Assembly: GCA_964016885.1 (NCBI GenBank)
Contig: OZ024740.1
Location: forward strand, 42,470,001-42,534,000
Reading direction: 5' to 3'
DNA length: 64,000 nt
Origin: Eledone cirrhosa
Lineage: Eukaryota
In this document: positions 63,766-64,000 of the stretch, piece by piece
Layout: each line of letters begins with the position of its first letter
Position numbering within the stretch: the stretch's first letter is position 1
Translations under genes and position numbers: made by a program
Notes under the pieces: generated by a model
What the model saw: the letters and a program-made list of their open reading frames with translations, nothing else
Databases searched by the model: none
Told to the model about the DNA's origin: nothing

Positions 63766-64000
63766 CGATCACGCTGCAACCTCGTTGAAGTCGGGTATAA
63801 TAGAATAGATAACCGCACTAAATATCACGACCCCGGCGACGATGACTACTGTAGATTACTCGAACTATTCCCCTATTACAAAACCAACAAAGGCGACGGC
63901 CTACTACCAACGCCTTCCAACCAACATCTTCCTGTACATAAACATGGAAGAGGTAGGAAGAGTGCACCCGAGCATAAAGTGAAAGTGGTACCGAACGCGA

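Overview
Eukaryotic, AT-rich, non-genic DNA made almost entirely of retroelements and microsatellites. I see no host gene exon, rRNA or CRISPR array. The SINE families and dense (TA)n/(AAT)n/(CAT)n tracts suggest an octopus-like cephalopod (inference). Bases 9-27 kb hold a stack of LINEs: one RTE, one apparently full-length Tx1/L1 and three R4/Dong copies. The rest has decayed Penelope-like elements (PLEs, RT plus GIY-YIG), about 15 tRNA-SINE copies, a non-autonomous Helitron, and mariner, CRE and RTE scraps. The main signal missed by the ORF track is a set of more than 10 fold-back (inverted-repeat) inserts from unrelated families, most sitting in (TA)n tracts, together with more than 15 complete or partial type I hammerhead ribozyme (HHR) motifs. 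In several inserts the fold-back axis lies inside HHR stem II, and the two arms share copy-specific variants, which points to snap-back cDNA synthesis at each insertion. Also notable: family-fixed non-canonical HHR cores, a conserved stem II C-C mismatch, a tRNA-like element with PLE-type insertion marks, and a repeated E2F/E-box/CCAAT module in a PLE 3' region. All structures were read by eye and coordinates may be off by a few bases.
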